A stretch of 63,191 nucleotides of DNA, the filler included, from Octopus bimaculoides (lineage: Eukaryota): NCBI RefSeq assembly GCF_001194135.2. It is 6 parts of 6 records of this genome, joined end to end, with 100 filler letters (N's around TTAATTAATTAA, not from the genome) between each part and the next. Parts side by side here need not be neighbours in the genome. Positions count along the whole stretch, not along the records: positions 22,110 to 51,116 come from NC_068987.1; 5 more parts are not named here. One strand, given 5' to 3'. Numbering within the stretch: position 1 is the first letter of the stretch; each line of letters begins with the position of its first letter. The position numbers and the translations under genes are program-made. Below are positions 37,386-50,789 of the stretch, piece after piece. The notes under the pieces are model-generated. The model was not told the DNA's origin. It searched no databases and saw only the letters and a list, made by a program, of their open reading frames with translations.

Positions 37386-39279
37386 AACAGTATATATAGT
37401 ATTCTAATGCGTATTTCCAAATTAAAATGATTTAAAAAAGAAAGTTCAGTTCTTTTAATAAATTAATAGCAGATCTTACCAGTAAAATATCAACGTCATC
37501 TGTTTTAAGAAGAATAATATTGATGTTAATGTAGCTTCTGTTCTAAGTATCGGTAGTAAATATGTATGTATATCTGGCGCATCTCTGTTTCTATACATCA
37601 TCGTAAATTCGTGTAGGGCTGACCTGATATATAGATTTTTAGTTAATTGCAAATATATTTCCCCGTTGTACGCGTTTGATTCTTCTTATCAGACGCCGTT
37701 TCCGATTAGCCTTCAACTTCATTAATCAACAGATTTTAATTATGTTCAGCGACTACTTTCTTGAAATCAGTGCCCTCGTTTTATAAATTTTAATCACTAA
37801 GTTTTTTTTAAACGTTCGTTTGTTTGACTTACAATATCTGAACAATTTCTTCCAACAACATTTCTCATTAATTTTATCATGCATTTCTCTTGTTTTACAA
37901 TATTTTTTAATGTTAATTAATCAACAATAATCTCGCATTTGGAGTATTTCCTTCATAGTTTCTTTTTTTCTTTAATGCTGGGTTTCGATTTTCGATTTAC
38001 ATTACGTGTTGATGTTTTTACTTTGACTTTGCAGACTTTTCAAAGTCAAACATATATCAAATCAGTTGCCATGTTTCTGTATTTCAGATCAATTCGCTGA
38101 GAAATCGTTTTATAATTTGGGGACATAGGCAAAAATTCCTAATCACGAAAAAGTCATCACTGACTCCAGTTAGCTTTTGTTATGTTAAATAAATTCACCT
38201 CAACATTTCCTTTCTCACAATGCGTTTTCCTTTGTTTTCAGTATTTATCAAATAACGACCAATGTTTACATTTTATCCGTTTCGAAACCTATGATGAATA
38301 TCCCTATGACATTATAAATATATCTAACTGATATAACGTCTGTGACTATCCATAAAATTTTGTTACTGTCTCATCTAATATACGAATGCTTTAACTATCT
38401 CTATTTGAGAACTTTATTTTGCCTTTTCCTCTATGCTTACGTGCGATTGAATATTCCCACCCTTTCCAAAATAATTATAACTTGGAGTTATCATTAGACG
38501 ACGGACCAAATAAAGCAAAATTATATAGGCGTAGTGACATTATTTTATTAACATTTTAACTCGTAAATATGTTTACGTGTTGTTTTTTTAGATGCGTGCA
38601 GTTGGCTATGGAACACATTTTACTATAGATTAAAGTATGATCATTTCTATAATTGATTTCAGTCAAAGTAGAATGTGACACATGATGTTGTGAAGTATAT
38701 ACATTTCTCTATAAAATATCGCTGAATGTTATATAAACCGCTAATTTGTATCTCTTGACGACTAACACCACACATATGAGTAAAAACATGACTTATTGAA
38801 CAGCACTGGGACAGACCCAATACACTTTTACAAAACTTAACGAATGTTTAGCTAAAAAGCATACATCGGAAACACATTTTACATTGGAATAACACAAGAA
38901 CTACCTTACACAGCAATAACACACCAGTAAAGCATTTTCTGGTGACACATTATAAAATAATCGCGAATCAACCTTTTTTATCCATGAATTTCTGCATTTT
39001 GGAACAAATTTTACCAACGTTTCTTGCCAATTCCTAATAAACGATATTAGGAATTGAGATATATCGGTCTCAATAGTATTTCATAAAGCAAGAGCTACGA
39101 GCATTTTCGGTTAAATTTCTACCTCTCTACAATAAGTATAAAATGAAGACATTTATCTGTATACATTTTACCTTTGTAGTGCATCATTAAAATAGCATTC
39201 CATGTCAATAACATTGGTAAAATTGATTTCATATTATGGCACAATGCCAGCGATTTTAGGGGTGTAGATTTGTTGGTTA

Positions 39280-39620
39280 CATTGAACACAGTATTCAACT
39301 GGTACTTATTTTATCGATCTCAAAAGGATAAGAGGGAAAGGTGACATTGGCAGAATTTCAACTCAGAACGTAAACACGAGAAAACGCCGCTCAGTGGCAT
39401 ATTTATTTATTGCACACAGGGGGCTGAACATAGAGGGTACAAACAAGCACATACAAAGGGATTAAGTCGATTAGATCGACCCCAGTGCATAACTGGTATT
39501 TATTTAATCGACCTCGAAAGGATGAAAGGCAAAGCCGACCTCGGCGGAATTTGAACTCAGAACGTAACGGCAGACGAAATACCGCTAAGCATGTTGCCCG
39601 GCGTGTTAACGATTCTGCCT
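39280..39620 (-). mobile_element. tRNA-derived SINE family B (CORE/MIR-like centre), one partial plus one fuller copy
   Basis: Minus strand: GGCAGAATCGTTA..GAGTTCAAATTCCGCCGAGGTCG..CTTTCATCCTTTCGAGGTCGAT..ACTGGGGTCGAT. Related fragments occur at about 43050-43150 and 44210-44350. Confidence 0.75.
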
Positions 39621-39624
39621 TTCC

Positions 39625-40330
39625 CCTTGATAGAATTCTCGCTAAGAATGTTCCATAAGTATTCCTTGAGTCGATGTGTACAAGTATATTCAGTAATAGA
39701 CGGATTCTGGTAATCTATCCCGGTCTCTCAATAGGTGACATCGTATATTGTCTGAGCAAAAACATAATATCGCAGAGGGAGGTAGTACCCAGGTAAAACT
39801 TTTGAACATTCACTTGTTTTATCTGTTCTTCCATCCAGATTAAAGTGATATAATCTGTATTTTCGTATCGTGGAAGTTCAAAGTTTCAATGCTGCGTTTT
39901 CTTTTTGTTTTTTTTATTTGTTATTTTTCAATAGCTATTTCATACAGATCTCTGGTTTATGGATTGCAAACCGTACTTTCGGTATGAAATGTGATGTAAC
40001 TGCCCCAAGTCCAAGAGAAGAGACATGTCTTGAAAATATTATCATATTTCTCAAATTCACGGGCAATATACCCATGCAAATCGTCTACGCTATACAGAGT
40101 GTTGTTGTCCGATTCCTTGCTGGAGTCTGTTTGCTCAACACAACTTGGTCAACATGGGAGGTGGTCAGAAAGTGAATTTGATGGTGAGTCTCCATCGACG
40201 TCCGGTGTTTCTGAAATTCTTGTATCAGTGCTGGTACTGATAATACAGTGAGGGGTATTGCCTTGTAAAAGGATAGCTCCGAATGCCATATTTCTTCCCC
40301 GATAAGTTTATTTCATTTCGCCAAAATTGT
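39625..40330 (-). mobile_element. Second HERO-like LINE fragment (post-RT region), highly decayed
   Basis: Across shifts: LIQEFQK..SHVDQVV..P..; GLGAV; FLLR; ILS. Motif order matches the 11.3-11.9 kb fragment. Confidence 0.45.
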
Positions 40331-40582
40331 TTGCAGAATAACACCTGATGAAATGGAGATATTATGTAACAATAGAAATTCACTCGATGTTAGCTTGAGT
40401 GCTATGATTAATACTTCAGAATGAACTACGCGATTAAAACGCATTTATTTATCTTCATAACTATACGTTCATGTTTATATATATATATATATATGTGTGT
40501 GTATATATTCATGTATATATTTGTGTGTGAGTGTATGTGTATGTGTATATGTATGTATGTGTGTGTGTGTGTGTGTGCGTGT

Positions 40583-40618
<36 letters not shown>

Positions 40619-40920
40619 GTAATGAAATACGAGACACAAATAGAATTGTTGCCGTTTCGGTAGAAATCATTATTAAAAGATCGAAATTTATGTTGGTTGA
40701 CTTTGACAAATTACATAATTGACTAAATAATCAAATATTTAATTGATTAATTAGTATTTTAATTAATATAAATTGAAATGCAACCAGGTACGTGTGCTTC
40801 TTTTATGCTTTACTGCTAATATTAGCCAGATGTTTCATACTACAAAGCGAATCTGAAATATCAGAAACAGACTTTCTGTGAAGATGAAAATTGTATTAGT
40901 GAATGACTAATAGATTAAAT

Positions 40921-40963
<43 letters not shown>

Positions 40964-41014
40964 TTATCTATCTATCTATCTATCTATCTATCTCTTTCTC
41001 TCTCTATCTCTCTC

Positions 41015-41055
<41 letters not shown>

Positions 41056-41579
41056 TTCTCATACACATACATATATATTTAATTTGTTTATATATATATA
41101 TATATGTATGTATGTATGTATGCTTATAGTGGTATATGTTTTTATATGTGTTCATATGTGTATGTATATGAAAACAAATACACGTTTCTGTGAGCAGGTG
41201 TGTAGATGTTTAATTATATTGAAACTGTTAATGCGGTCGTCTGTGATAGTTTGGATGTGACATAATGGAACACGTAATGCTTTTTTGATAATAGAAAATA
41301 GTCGTCCATGTATCTTCGATCCACATGATATATGAGTAGCTATGAAAATTAAGCAATTTGTTTACACATGTTTATTCCTCTATGGAGATTGTTCAGACAA
41401 TTTTCAGCTTTTTTTTTTTGAGAAAAACAAATACATTTTATCTCCAATGAGAGTTTCGTAGCTAAGTGTTATTTATGCCGTATCCATACTAGATTTCTCT
41501 AAACGGATTGGATTAATTCACATAGCATTGCATACACTAAACCCAGCGTGGGGAATAAATTGGTTCGTAATGCAATACA

Positions 41580-41940
41580 GAATGTGGCAGTGGGGTAAGA
41601 GGTTTGCTTCCTAATCTCATGCTTCCTGGTTCAGACCCACTGCATAGACCTTTGGGCAAGAGCAATACCTTGTGAGTGGACTTGGTAGGCAAAAGCTGAA
41701 AAAAAATCATCGTCTATATTTATCAGTGTGTGTGTGTTTGGGGGGGGGGCTTATGTCTGTGTGTGTGCACGCATCTGTTTCTTGTCCCCCACCAGCGCTT
41801 GACAACCGGTGTTGGTGTATTCACATACCCATAACTCACCAGTCCGGCAAGAGAGAAAGATAGAATTACTGGGTTTTATAAAAAAATAAGTCCTGCTGTC
41901 GTCCCAGCATGGCCGTACTCCAATGAATGAAAAACCAGAA
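41580..41940 (+). mobile_element. SINE family A, diverged
   Basis: GTGGCAGTGGGGTAAG..GGTTCAGACCCACTG..GCTTGACAACCGGTGTTGG..CCCAGCATGGCC. Confidence 0.75.
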
Positions 41941-42385
41941 ACATTAAAATAATACTTGAAATGTATAATAGTTTCTTTTCTCATCTTTTCTTCTGTAATA
42001 AGCCGATTATATTTCGTACCCCCTAGGAAAGGAATGTACGTAATTACACAATTGATTATATATCTGTCAGGTTCGAAAGAAGTGACTTAACTGTCTCTAC
42101 TGTACGAGCTTAGGCTGAAAACTCCATAGCCTGACCAGATATTGTCATGGAATGTGGCAAAATAACGAATATTTCTCAACATAGTCCTTCTAGTAGCCCA
42201 CACACTTCTCCTTCAGTGTTGCGATGCTTCGATCCCGTTGGTGAAGATGCTTTCGTCCTCTTGGTTCAAAGATGTCATCAACATGCAGATACGGCACCAT
42301 CATCGTTTAAATGTTGGTTACCAGCTAAAGTCTTCTAATTCCATCTGCCTGCATTTATACTGTATATTTACCATAAAGAGTTTAT

Positions 42386-42472
<87 letters not shown>

Positions 42473-42511
42473 GCAGACGGTATTAGCCGACCATGAGCCA
42501 TTCGAGCAGTC

Positions 42512-42558
42512 ACCACTGACGATGTCTACGGTACAGATGGAACTAAGACAAGTCTGGT
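42512..42558 (+). ncRNA. Type I hammerhead ribozyme motif, near-canonical
   Basis: ACCA-CTGACGA-T-GTCT-ACGGTAC-AGAT-GGAAC-T-AAGACA-AGT-C-TGGT. Stem I is perfect (ACCA/TGGT), the core is canonical, stem III is ACT/AGT and the triplet is GUC. GAAA is mutated to GGAA. Confidence 0.6.
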
Positions 42559-43234
42559 TGATCTTCGACACGGTCATGGGGCGGTTACCTCCCCTGCCAG
42601 CTTATGTAATATATTTGCGCTCTTCTTACAACATTAAGAATATATTAACTCATATTTTAATCAATGTAGGCGCCTTGTCATCCATCGTCGCACTAGTATG
42701 TATATATATGTACTTTTTCAAACTATTATATACACGCATAACACATACACAGATGAATATGTAGGTTATTATTGTCTGACACATATTCATTCACGTGCAC
42801 AATACGTATAAGGGTGCTATATTAAAAGCAGTAATCATTAACAACAAGAAGTATGATTTTAATTGAAAATTGTTATCTCATATTTGGTAGCTAATTAAAC
42901 CCTTAATAGTTTACTGTATTTTATTAAAATAAGAAATACTATAAATAAATCTTATTTTATCCTAAGTAATATTCAAATGAAAATATAAATATTGGTTTGA
43001 AAATGAAAATATAAATACTGGCACTGGGCCTGAGATTTCGAGAGATGGAGTAATTCGATTACATCGACCTCGGGACGATAAAAGTCAAATTCGGCTCCGG
43101 CTAAACATTTTGACCGGCGCTGCAGCGATTCAGCTAGCTTGTCGCCTACATGGAAATATTAATACTGAAGAGTTGGAAAGATAATTCCTAGGCTGCTAAG
43201 GAACCTAACGACAAAAGATATGGAATTACAGTAA

Positions 43235-43612
43235 ATAAATCGTCGTGGTACTCCGTCGGTTACGACAATGAGGGTTCCAGTTGATCCGAGCAACTGAACA
43301 GCCTGCTCGTGAAATTAACGCGCAAGTGGCTGAGAACTCCACAGACACGTGTAACCATAACGTAGTTCTCGGGAAGTTTCGGCGTGACAGAGAGTGTGAC
43401 AAGGCTGGCTCTTTGAAATACAATAGAAACAGGAAGAAAAAGTGGTGGTGCAAAAATACAGCAGGGTTCGCCACCACCCCCTGCCCGAGCCTCGTGGAGC
43501 GGCAGGTGTTTTCGCTCAATAAAAACTCACAACGCCCGGTGTGGGAATCGAAACCACGATCCTACGGCCACGATTCCGGTGCACTAATCACTGGGCCATT
43601 GGGCATTCACTA
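43235..43612 (-). mobile_element. tRNA-headed SINE family C with a LINE-like 3' tail
   Basis: Minus-strand head ATGGCCCAGTGATTAG..GGTTTCGATTCCCAC (box A/B-like) at about 43530-43605, followed by a roughly 290 bp body. Confidence 0.7.
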
Positions 43613-45512
43613 GTAAATAAGTATTATGATAATAATATGTATAATAAAGACTCCAAGAATGCATCCTTTTAAGCACTAAGCTAAATAAATCAAAAGCGTT
43701 TATATTTTAACTGTATCTGATAATGGAAAGAATATTAATAAATTTCCACATCCATAACACTATAAAACCAAATAGTAATTCAGGTTCTAAATTTGATGAT
43801 ACGGTGTTATAATCTACTAAATGTTCTTCTATCCTGTTACTAATAAGTGAATAAGTGCGGTGTACCTAAGCTTTTGAGTTGCGGTAATAATTTTGTATTT
43901 ACAACGAATAGTTACTAAGACACAAATAGAAAACTAGGTAAACAAGATTCTTTAAAACAGATTTTCTTTGATATATTCATAAAAACCTTTCCTATAAACA
44001 TATATATATATATANNNNNNNNNNNNNNNNNNNNNNNNNNNNNNNNNNNNNNNNNNNNNNNNNNNNNNNNNNNNNNNNNNNNNNNNNNNNNNNNNNNNNN
44101 NNNNNNNNNNNNNNNNNNNNNNNNNNNNNNNNNNNNNNNTATAAGGTCTCTTTCTTGAGAAGACATAAAACAGCTCATTATACTGGTTTCAAATTTTGAC
44201 ACAATGACAGAAATTTCGAGGAAGATGTTAGTCGATTTACACGGTCTCCGGGACTCATATTGTACGTATTTACTGACCTGGAGAGGATGAAAGGTAAAAA
44301 TCGACTTCGGCTCAATTTGCCCGGTATGCTAACTATTCTGCCAGCTCGCCGCTTTAAACTAGCTTGTTGATAATATTGATGTAAATACACAGACACACAC
44401 GCACGCAGACACATATTCATATTGTCAAGAGTATCCGTGAGAACAATTAGCAATCTTCAGCTTAATGCAAAATATAAGAAATAAAGATAATGAATTTGAA
44501 GGTTTGAAATCGGTTTCGCTGTGTATGTAACTTGAGTGTATGAACATGTATGATTTTCAATGGTTAATTATTAAAAAAAAAGTTTCAATATTTTTGTAAA
44601 TGTATTTGTAAGTAAATTGTCTTCAAATATACATCTTGTGAAAAGATATGTTTTAATGACGGCATGAAACATTCATGTGTACACATGACCTCGGGGAAAT
44701 GTAGCATTTCCCGAAATTGTTCCAAGGTATTATTAAAGAAATCTTTCAAATACCAAAGAAATTATCTTTGGAATTTCTACTAACTTTGACATTTCAGTAG
44801 ACAGCCTTGCGTCTATATTGCAAATGCAAATGTGTTGTGACATTTACCGTTTCTTTGAATGGATAGCTCTAAACGGCCCGTCCAGACACATCAATGGCAA
44901 ACATTATACTCTAAAATATTCATTCACTCTAAAAGATTCATCCTATGGTAAACTATTCAGATAATATATACGTGTAATTAATTTAGATTTCCTGGTGTCC
45001 ACATGATCAATAGAAAAAGCATTTTAATTTTTACCAATACCTGTCCCCATAATAATTGTAATTATCTTGTTTCAAAGTAAAGTAAAGCTACTCAGATGAA
45101 TCTTCATTAAAAAAAACACAGAACATATAGGTTGTTGTAATTGCCACACATTAATCATTTGAAAGGGAAATCCTTATAATTAAGACAAAACTCAATAAAA
45201 CTGATCAACAAAACAGTTAATGGTTTTCTTTATAATTGGAAACTATTCTTATGATTCTTTTGTATGGTGATTTTGTTTTTCCTTTTATTTCTTCCAAATT
45301 TTTTCACATCAGATTTCATCAAGATTTCATTTTCTGTGAGATGCTTAATTATTTTTAAAATGATGTATGCGAATCTGCTAAGTCACATATAATTCACTCA
45401 TTCCATTTTCGGCTGTTCGCAGGAGGTTTCATTTTTCTGCCGTCACATCTACAACATTTGTCTTGCGTTGTTTTAGTGGAAATGTTTCTTAAACATACAA
45501 ACGTTTCCTATT

Positions 45513-45955
45513 CTTTTACTCTTTTACTTGTTTCAGTCGTTTGACTGTGGCCATGCTGGAGCACCGCCTTTAGTCGAGCAAATCGACCCCAGGACTTATT
45601 CTTTGTAAGCCTAGTACTTATTCTATCGGTCTCTTTTGCCGAACCACTAAGTTACGGGGACCTAAACACACCAGCATCGGTTGTCAAGCGATGTTAGGGG
45701 GACAAACACAGACACACAAACATATACACACATATATATATATTACATATATACGACTGGCTTCTTTCAGTTTCCGTCTACCAAATACACTCACAAGGCT
45801 TTGGTCGGCCCGAGGCTATAGTAGAAGACACTTGGCCANNNNNNNNNNCCGAGGCTATAGTAGAAGACACTTGGCCAAGGTGCCACGTAGTGGGAATGAT
45901 CCCGGAACCATGTGGTTCGTAAGCAAGCTACTTACCACACAGTCACTCTTCCGCC
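45513..45955 (-). mobile_element. Full-length, well-preserved SINE family A
   Basis: Reverse complement of the family A head, body and (AAAAGAGT)n tail. Contains a 10-N gap with duplicated flanks. Confidence 0.92.
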
Positions 45956-45970
45956 TATAAAAAGTGTGTA

Positions 45971-46090
45971 AGGCTTACAGCACCTAGGTCTCCCAAGTGA
46001 TCACCCATCTAAGTACTCACTAGGCTTGACGTTAAATAACTTCGGTGATCGGACGAGAACCGGTGCTCTCAACGTGACATGGCTGTAAGC
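45971..46090 (-). rRNA. 5S rRNA gene, divergent variant or pseudogene
   Basis: Minus strand GCTTACAGCCATGTCACGTTGAGAGCACCGGTTCTCGTCCGATCACCGAAGTT..AGTACTTAGATGGGTGATCACTTGGGAGACCTAGGTGCTGTAAGCCT, 120 nt. A T5 terminator follows about 8 nt downstream (45959-45963). Confidence 0.92.
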
Positions 46091-46557
46091 ATCATCCAAA
46101 ATATCTAACGACTCACCCGAATTAATTTTTAAAAAACCCTCAGATTGGTCGTTTCAAATCAAATCCGTATGGTTTGGCATTTAAATATCCATTTTATCCA
46201 AACCATCGGAGAATTTAAAGAAAAGTTGTTAGAGTTACGGTAACATTTGAGACGTAATCACTCATAAATTCAACTCTATACTTCTCTTTATGTAGATCAG
46301 CATGTTACTCACTCCGTGATGGTTTAACCTACAGTTGTAATGTTAACGTTAGATCCTCTCCTCAACGATATGCCGCACATAAGAAAAGCATTATTGTTTT
46401 CTTAAGTTTTCTGTTTTTGTTCAACGTTCCTCGCTCCGTACACACACATATATAAATAAACAAACGCACACATATACACGCAAATAAACCCACACATACA
46501 TTCCTATATATAGGTGTGTGTATATGTATGTATGTATTTATGTATGTATGCATTATG

Positions 46558-46591
<34 letters not shown>

Positions 46592-46607
46592 TGTATGTAT
46601 GTATGTA

Positions 46608-46645
<38 letters not shown>

Positions 46646-47639
46646 TGTGTGCGTGTGTGTGGTGACATTTTCCAGCTGGAATTGAAATTAATCTTTCTAT
46701 TCGATTTTGCCATCAAATATACTGACCGATGACAAAGATCAAAAACAGCCGATATCATTTCATAGCAGCTATAAACTGTGAAATCAATTAGCAATTAGGT
46801 TGAGAGCGACATCTCGAGAAATTGGATATTGTCTCTCGCATTTGTGGTAAAATATTTACTGTTACTATGCTTTACTTGTTCTTCTTTGACACTGATACTG
46901 ATAAACTTGAATAACTTGGCCTAGCCAACAGCAATTTCATATTTCAACATAAATCTTTGTGCACGTCAGTACGTTAGTACACAATGAACATATGTGCGTG
47001 TTTAGACGGACCTAGACACGTATATACACATAGACAGACATTTAGCTGTGTATGTATGTAGAGTGGGTGAGAATGAAATTGAAAGTTTGCGTGGATGTTT
47101 CGGTGAAGAATGCAATAGATTAATACAAAGATGCTTGGAAAAGATCAATAGGAAAAACACGAGTGTATATGTGGGCAATTTAGCCGTTTTAATTAACACA
47201 CACACGCACACATACACACGCACACACACACACACACACACATTAGTGTCATAGAAGCGGATGGATGGATGAATGGGTAAATAGAGAGATACAGAGACAG
47301 ACAGATAGATAGACAGGTAGGCAGAGAGGCAAACAGAAAAACGAACGGACGGACGGACGGACAGATAGGTAGGTAGGTAGGTAGGTAGGTAGGTAGGTAG
47401 GTAGGTAGGTAGGTCGGTAGGTAGGTAAGTAGGTAGGTAGGCAGGTAGGTAGGTAGGTAGGTAGGTAGGTAAGTAGGTAGGTAGGTAGGTATTGGCCACA
47501 CAGGGCTGAATACAGAGGGGACAAATACAAATGTAGAGCTTTAAGGAGAAAAATAAGAAAAGAAAAAAAGTAAAATTCCGATCAAAAGGGATCGGGAAAA
47601 AAAAAGATCAAAAGGGATCGTGTATCACAGAAAAACTTT

Positions 47640-49610
47640 TTAAATGTAAAAAGTAAGATTAGGTTTATCATTGGAAAGAAAAACCGACGGAAAAGACCAC
47701 GGTAACCGCAGGCAGGGAGGGTATAAACACATGAGGCCAAAGTGCTCTCTCTCTTTCTCTCTCTCTCTCTTTTCGATTTACAGGATCATGCTCAAAGGGG
47801 TTCCGTCACTCGCACGCACCATCATTGCTACATTCACCCACCTTTTTTTTTTTTTGAAACTTTCACGAGATAAAACCTGCCTCTCCATTCTCACCTTCCT
47901 TTTCAAGTGGTACTTGAAAAAGATGACGAGCGATTGGTCAGAGAGTTAAGTGGCTGTCTCTAATCATTCCGCTCGAATCCACCACATACACTCTGTCACC
48001 ATGGCAACCAGTACGATGAAGACTGCCTTGCCTTCCCGGTTGAGGGAAGGTGGCGGGGCAATTGTCACTATAGACACTGCCGACATGCGGACTCGTCCGA
48101 CACGTATCAGCAGCCGTTCGGCATAAGACGACCGGTCCGAAATGGTTGGACACTGCACGAGTGCGTGCAGAACAGTTTCGTCGCTCAGACGGCATCTCGG
48201 GCAAGGCGGCCCGGTGTGTCTTGAACCATACCTGTAGAGCTTATCTCGAACAGATAATGCTTCTCTATAACACTGCCAAGCCAGGGAGGTTTCATGATTT
48301 ACCATAGGACCCGGCCCGAAAGTTGTCCTGAACAGGCGGGTCAGGTGNNNNNNNNNNNNNNNNNNNNNNNNNNNNNNNNNNNNNNNNNNNNNNNNNNNNN
48401 NNNNNNNNNNNNNNNNNNNNNNNNNNNNNNNNNNNNNNNNNNNNNNNNNNNNNNNNNNNNNNNNNNNNNNNNNNNNNNNNNNNNNNNNNNNNNNNNNNNN
48501 NNNNNNNNNNNNNNNNNNNNNNNNNNNNNNNNNNNNNNNNNNNNNNNNNNNNNNNNNNNNNNNNNNNNNNNNNNNNNNNNNNNNNNNNNNNNNNNNNNNN
48601 NNNNNNNNNNNNNNNNNNNNNNNNNNNNNNNNNNNNNNNNNNNNNNNNNNNNNNNNNNNNNNNNNNNNNNNNNNNNNNNNNNNNNNNNNNNNNNNNNNNN
48701 NNNNNNNNNNNNNNNNNNNNNNNNNNNNNNNNNNNNNNNNNNNNNNNNNNNNNNNNNNNNNNNNNNNNNNNNNNNNNNNNNNNNNNNNNNNNNNNNNNNN
48801 NNNNNNNNNNNNNNNNNNNNNNNNNNNNNNNNNNNNNNNNNNNNNNNNNNNNNNGATTGCCTGACCATCGGAACGCATCCTTTCCACAAGTAGGAGAAGG
48901 GTATGTGTTCCAGTTTGGTGATGGTAGTGTCGGGACAAGGCACGACGGTCAGACGGTACTCGATGACTGATGCGATGTTCGTTGTCGCCACTTCCGCTTG
49001 ATCTTTTAAGGATAGCTTCCTCTCGGCCTATTGCTGGGTGTGAGTGGCAACCTTAGTCGTCATTTGGCCCCAGTTCTTCTCCATTTGTCGGTCCTCACCG
49101 AACCAGACTGCGAACAATTTAACCGGTCCGTCGGTCCAGCGTCCCACGATGGAGACGTTGTTGGACGGCATGGGCTTGCTTCTCCAGGTGCTGAGCCGCA
49201 AGCCCACTGAGCTTTCCCGGTAAATTTTTGTTCCCGTGTTCTTTTAGTATCTCACCTACCAAGCCGATGTGCTTATGACTCGGCACTATGACTGTGACGT
49301 CGCTCCTTCCGCATCCCAGCTCTCTTGAGATGCCCCTCAGCGTCGCCAGCTTCCGCAATAGTGGCTCAAGAGTCAATACATACAGAAGCGACGAGAGAGT
49401 CCATCCTTGACGAACCGAATGCATGATATTAAATGGTCTGGATAGATGACCATTTACGTGAACTACCGTGCGGATACCGCTGTATGAGGCAGCGATCCAA
49501 CCGCGGAAAAGGGGACCGAAACCAGCCGCTTTAAGGACAGCCTCCAAGTAGTGATGGTCTACCCTATCGAAAGTTTTTGATTGATCCAAATTGATCAGCG
49601 CCCCAAATAT
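47640..49610 (-). mobile_element. Tx1-clade (L1 group) LINE, 5'-truncated, RT plus zinc knuckle
   Basis: GALINLDQSKTFDRVDH..SVRQGWTLSSLLYVLTLEPLL. The YADD motif is deleted (GCGR joins SDVTVIV). C-terminal CPRCRLSDETVLHALVQC. Confidence 0.9.
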
Positions 49611-49634
49611 TTTGATTGATAGATAAGATAGATC

Positions 49635-49712
<78 letters not shown>

Positions 49713-50144
49713 GTAGATGGTTAACATGTAGATAGATAAGGCAGTGTACTTTCTTCTTTAATTCGCACATAAACACTTCTTGTTTTCTTGATTTATTAAT
49801 TTCTCATTCAAAAGTTGTTAATGAGCAGATGGACATCTGGAAGTTCAAGATTTATGAAGACAGTATGAAAATTAATCGAAAACAGAAGTTTTTATGCGTT
49901 TTGCCGATAACAAATTATGGTCTGCTTTTGACGTAGCTAGTGAGTATTGCAGTGAGGGAGAACAGCTGGATATATTAAAGCATGAGTAATAATTTAGAAG
50001 AGTTGTAAGAGGAATTAAACCTTATAAATTCATTCATACATGGACATGTGCGTCACCTTGGAGTTTCAGACGGAATGCCTAGCTTTTCCATATTCCCCCA
50101 ACAACACCAATGTTAAGAAATCTGTTAGTTAACGTGACGTAACA

Positions 50145-50750
50145 CATTTTTGTAGACAGCGATCTGCGCTGGATTAACCAAATCTCTAAGATTGTCAAGA
50201 GAGCTGTGGGTGTCTTAGCATCACTCAGTAAGAGATTTGTCAACCGCTCTCCAGTTATGTGTTTAAAGTTGTATATAGCTATGATACGTCCACACTTAGA
50301 GTTTGTATCAGCAATCTAGAACCCCTACCTTGCTCAGCAAATAAATCTGCTGAAAACTGTTGAGAGACGTGCAAACAAACGAATACCCGCCGTCAGGCAT
50401 CTACCCTACTCTGAACATTTTGTTTCACTGGTCAAGGATACATTAAAGATCCGACGTCTGGCAACTGACTTAGTAGGCATCCACATGATAATCTGCCATC
50501 TCTACAACTACAAACTACGGCACCTTTTTGAATTCCGTATGACAAACACTCGTGAACAAGCTTACAGAATAAAAAGAACAACACAATACCCATGTCTTTA
50601 GGGGTCGTTTTTTTTTTATCAAGCTCAGAATTGCTGAGACATGAAATAAACTACTGCATCAGTTGTAAGCTGTCGAGACATTACATCCTTCAAAACTGCC
50701 ATGCTTTGAAGGATGTAATTCGCCAGCAGTAAACCTAATGCCGTATTTTT
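50145..50750 (+). mobile_element. CR1-like LINE 3' fragment (RT thumb region)
   Basis: FVDSDLRW..LYIAMIRPHLEFVSAI*NPYL..LKTVERRANKRIP.VRHLPYSE..TLKIRRL..DLV. Confidence 0.85.
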
Positions 50751-50789
50751 ATTTTGTACTGCACCTCAGCACTTTATACAACTATTTCA

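Noticed and set aside
37450-39250. Possible very old hAT-like transposase remnant on the minus strand
   Set aside because: Only one weak motif (PNYKTISQRIDLKY) was found, too degraded to call.
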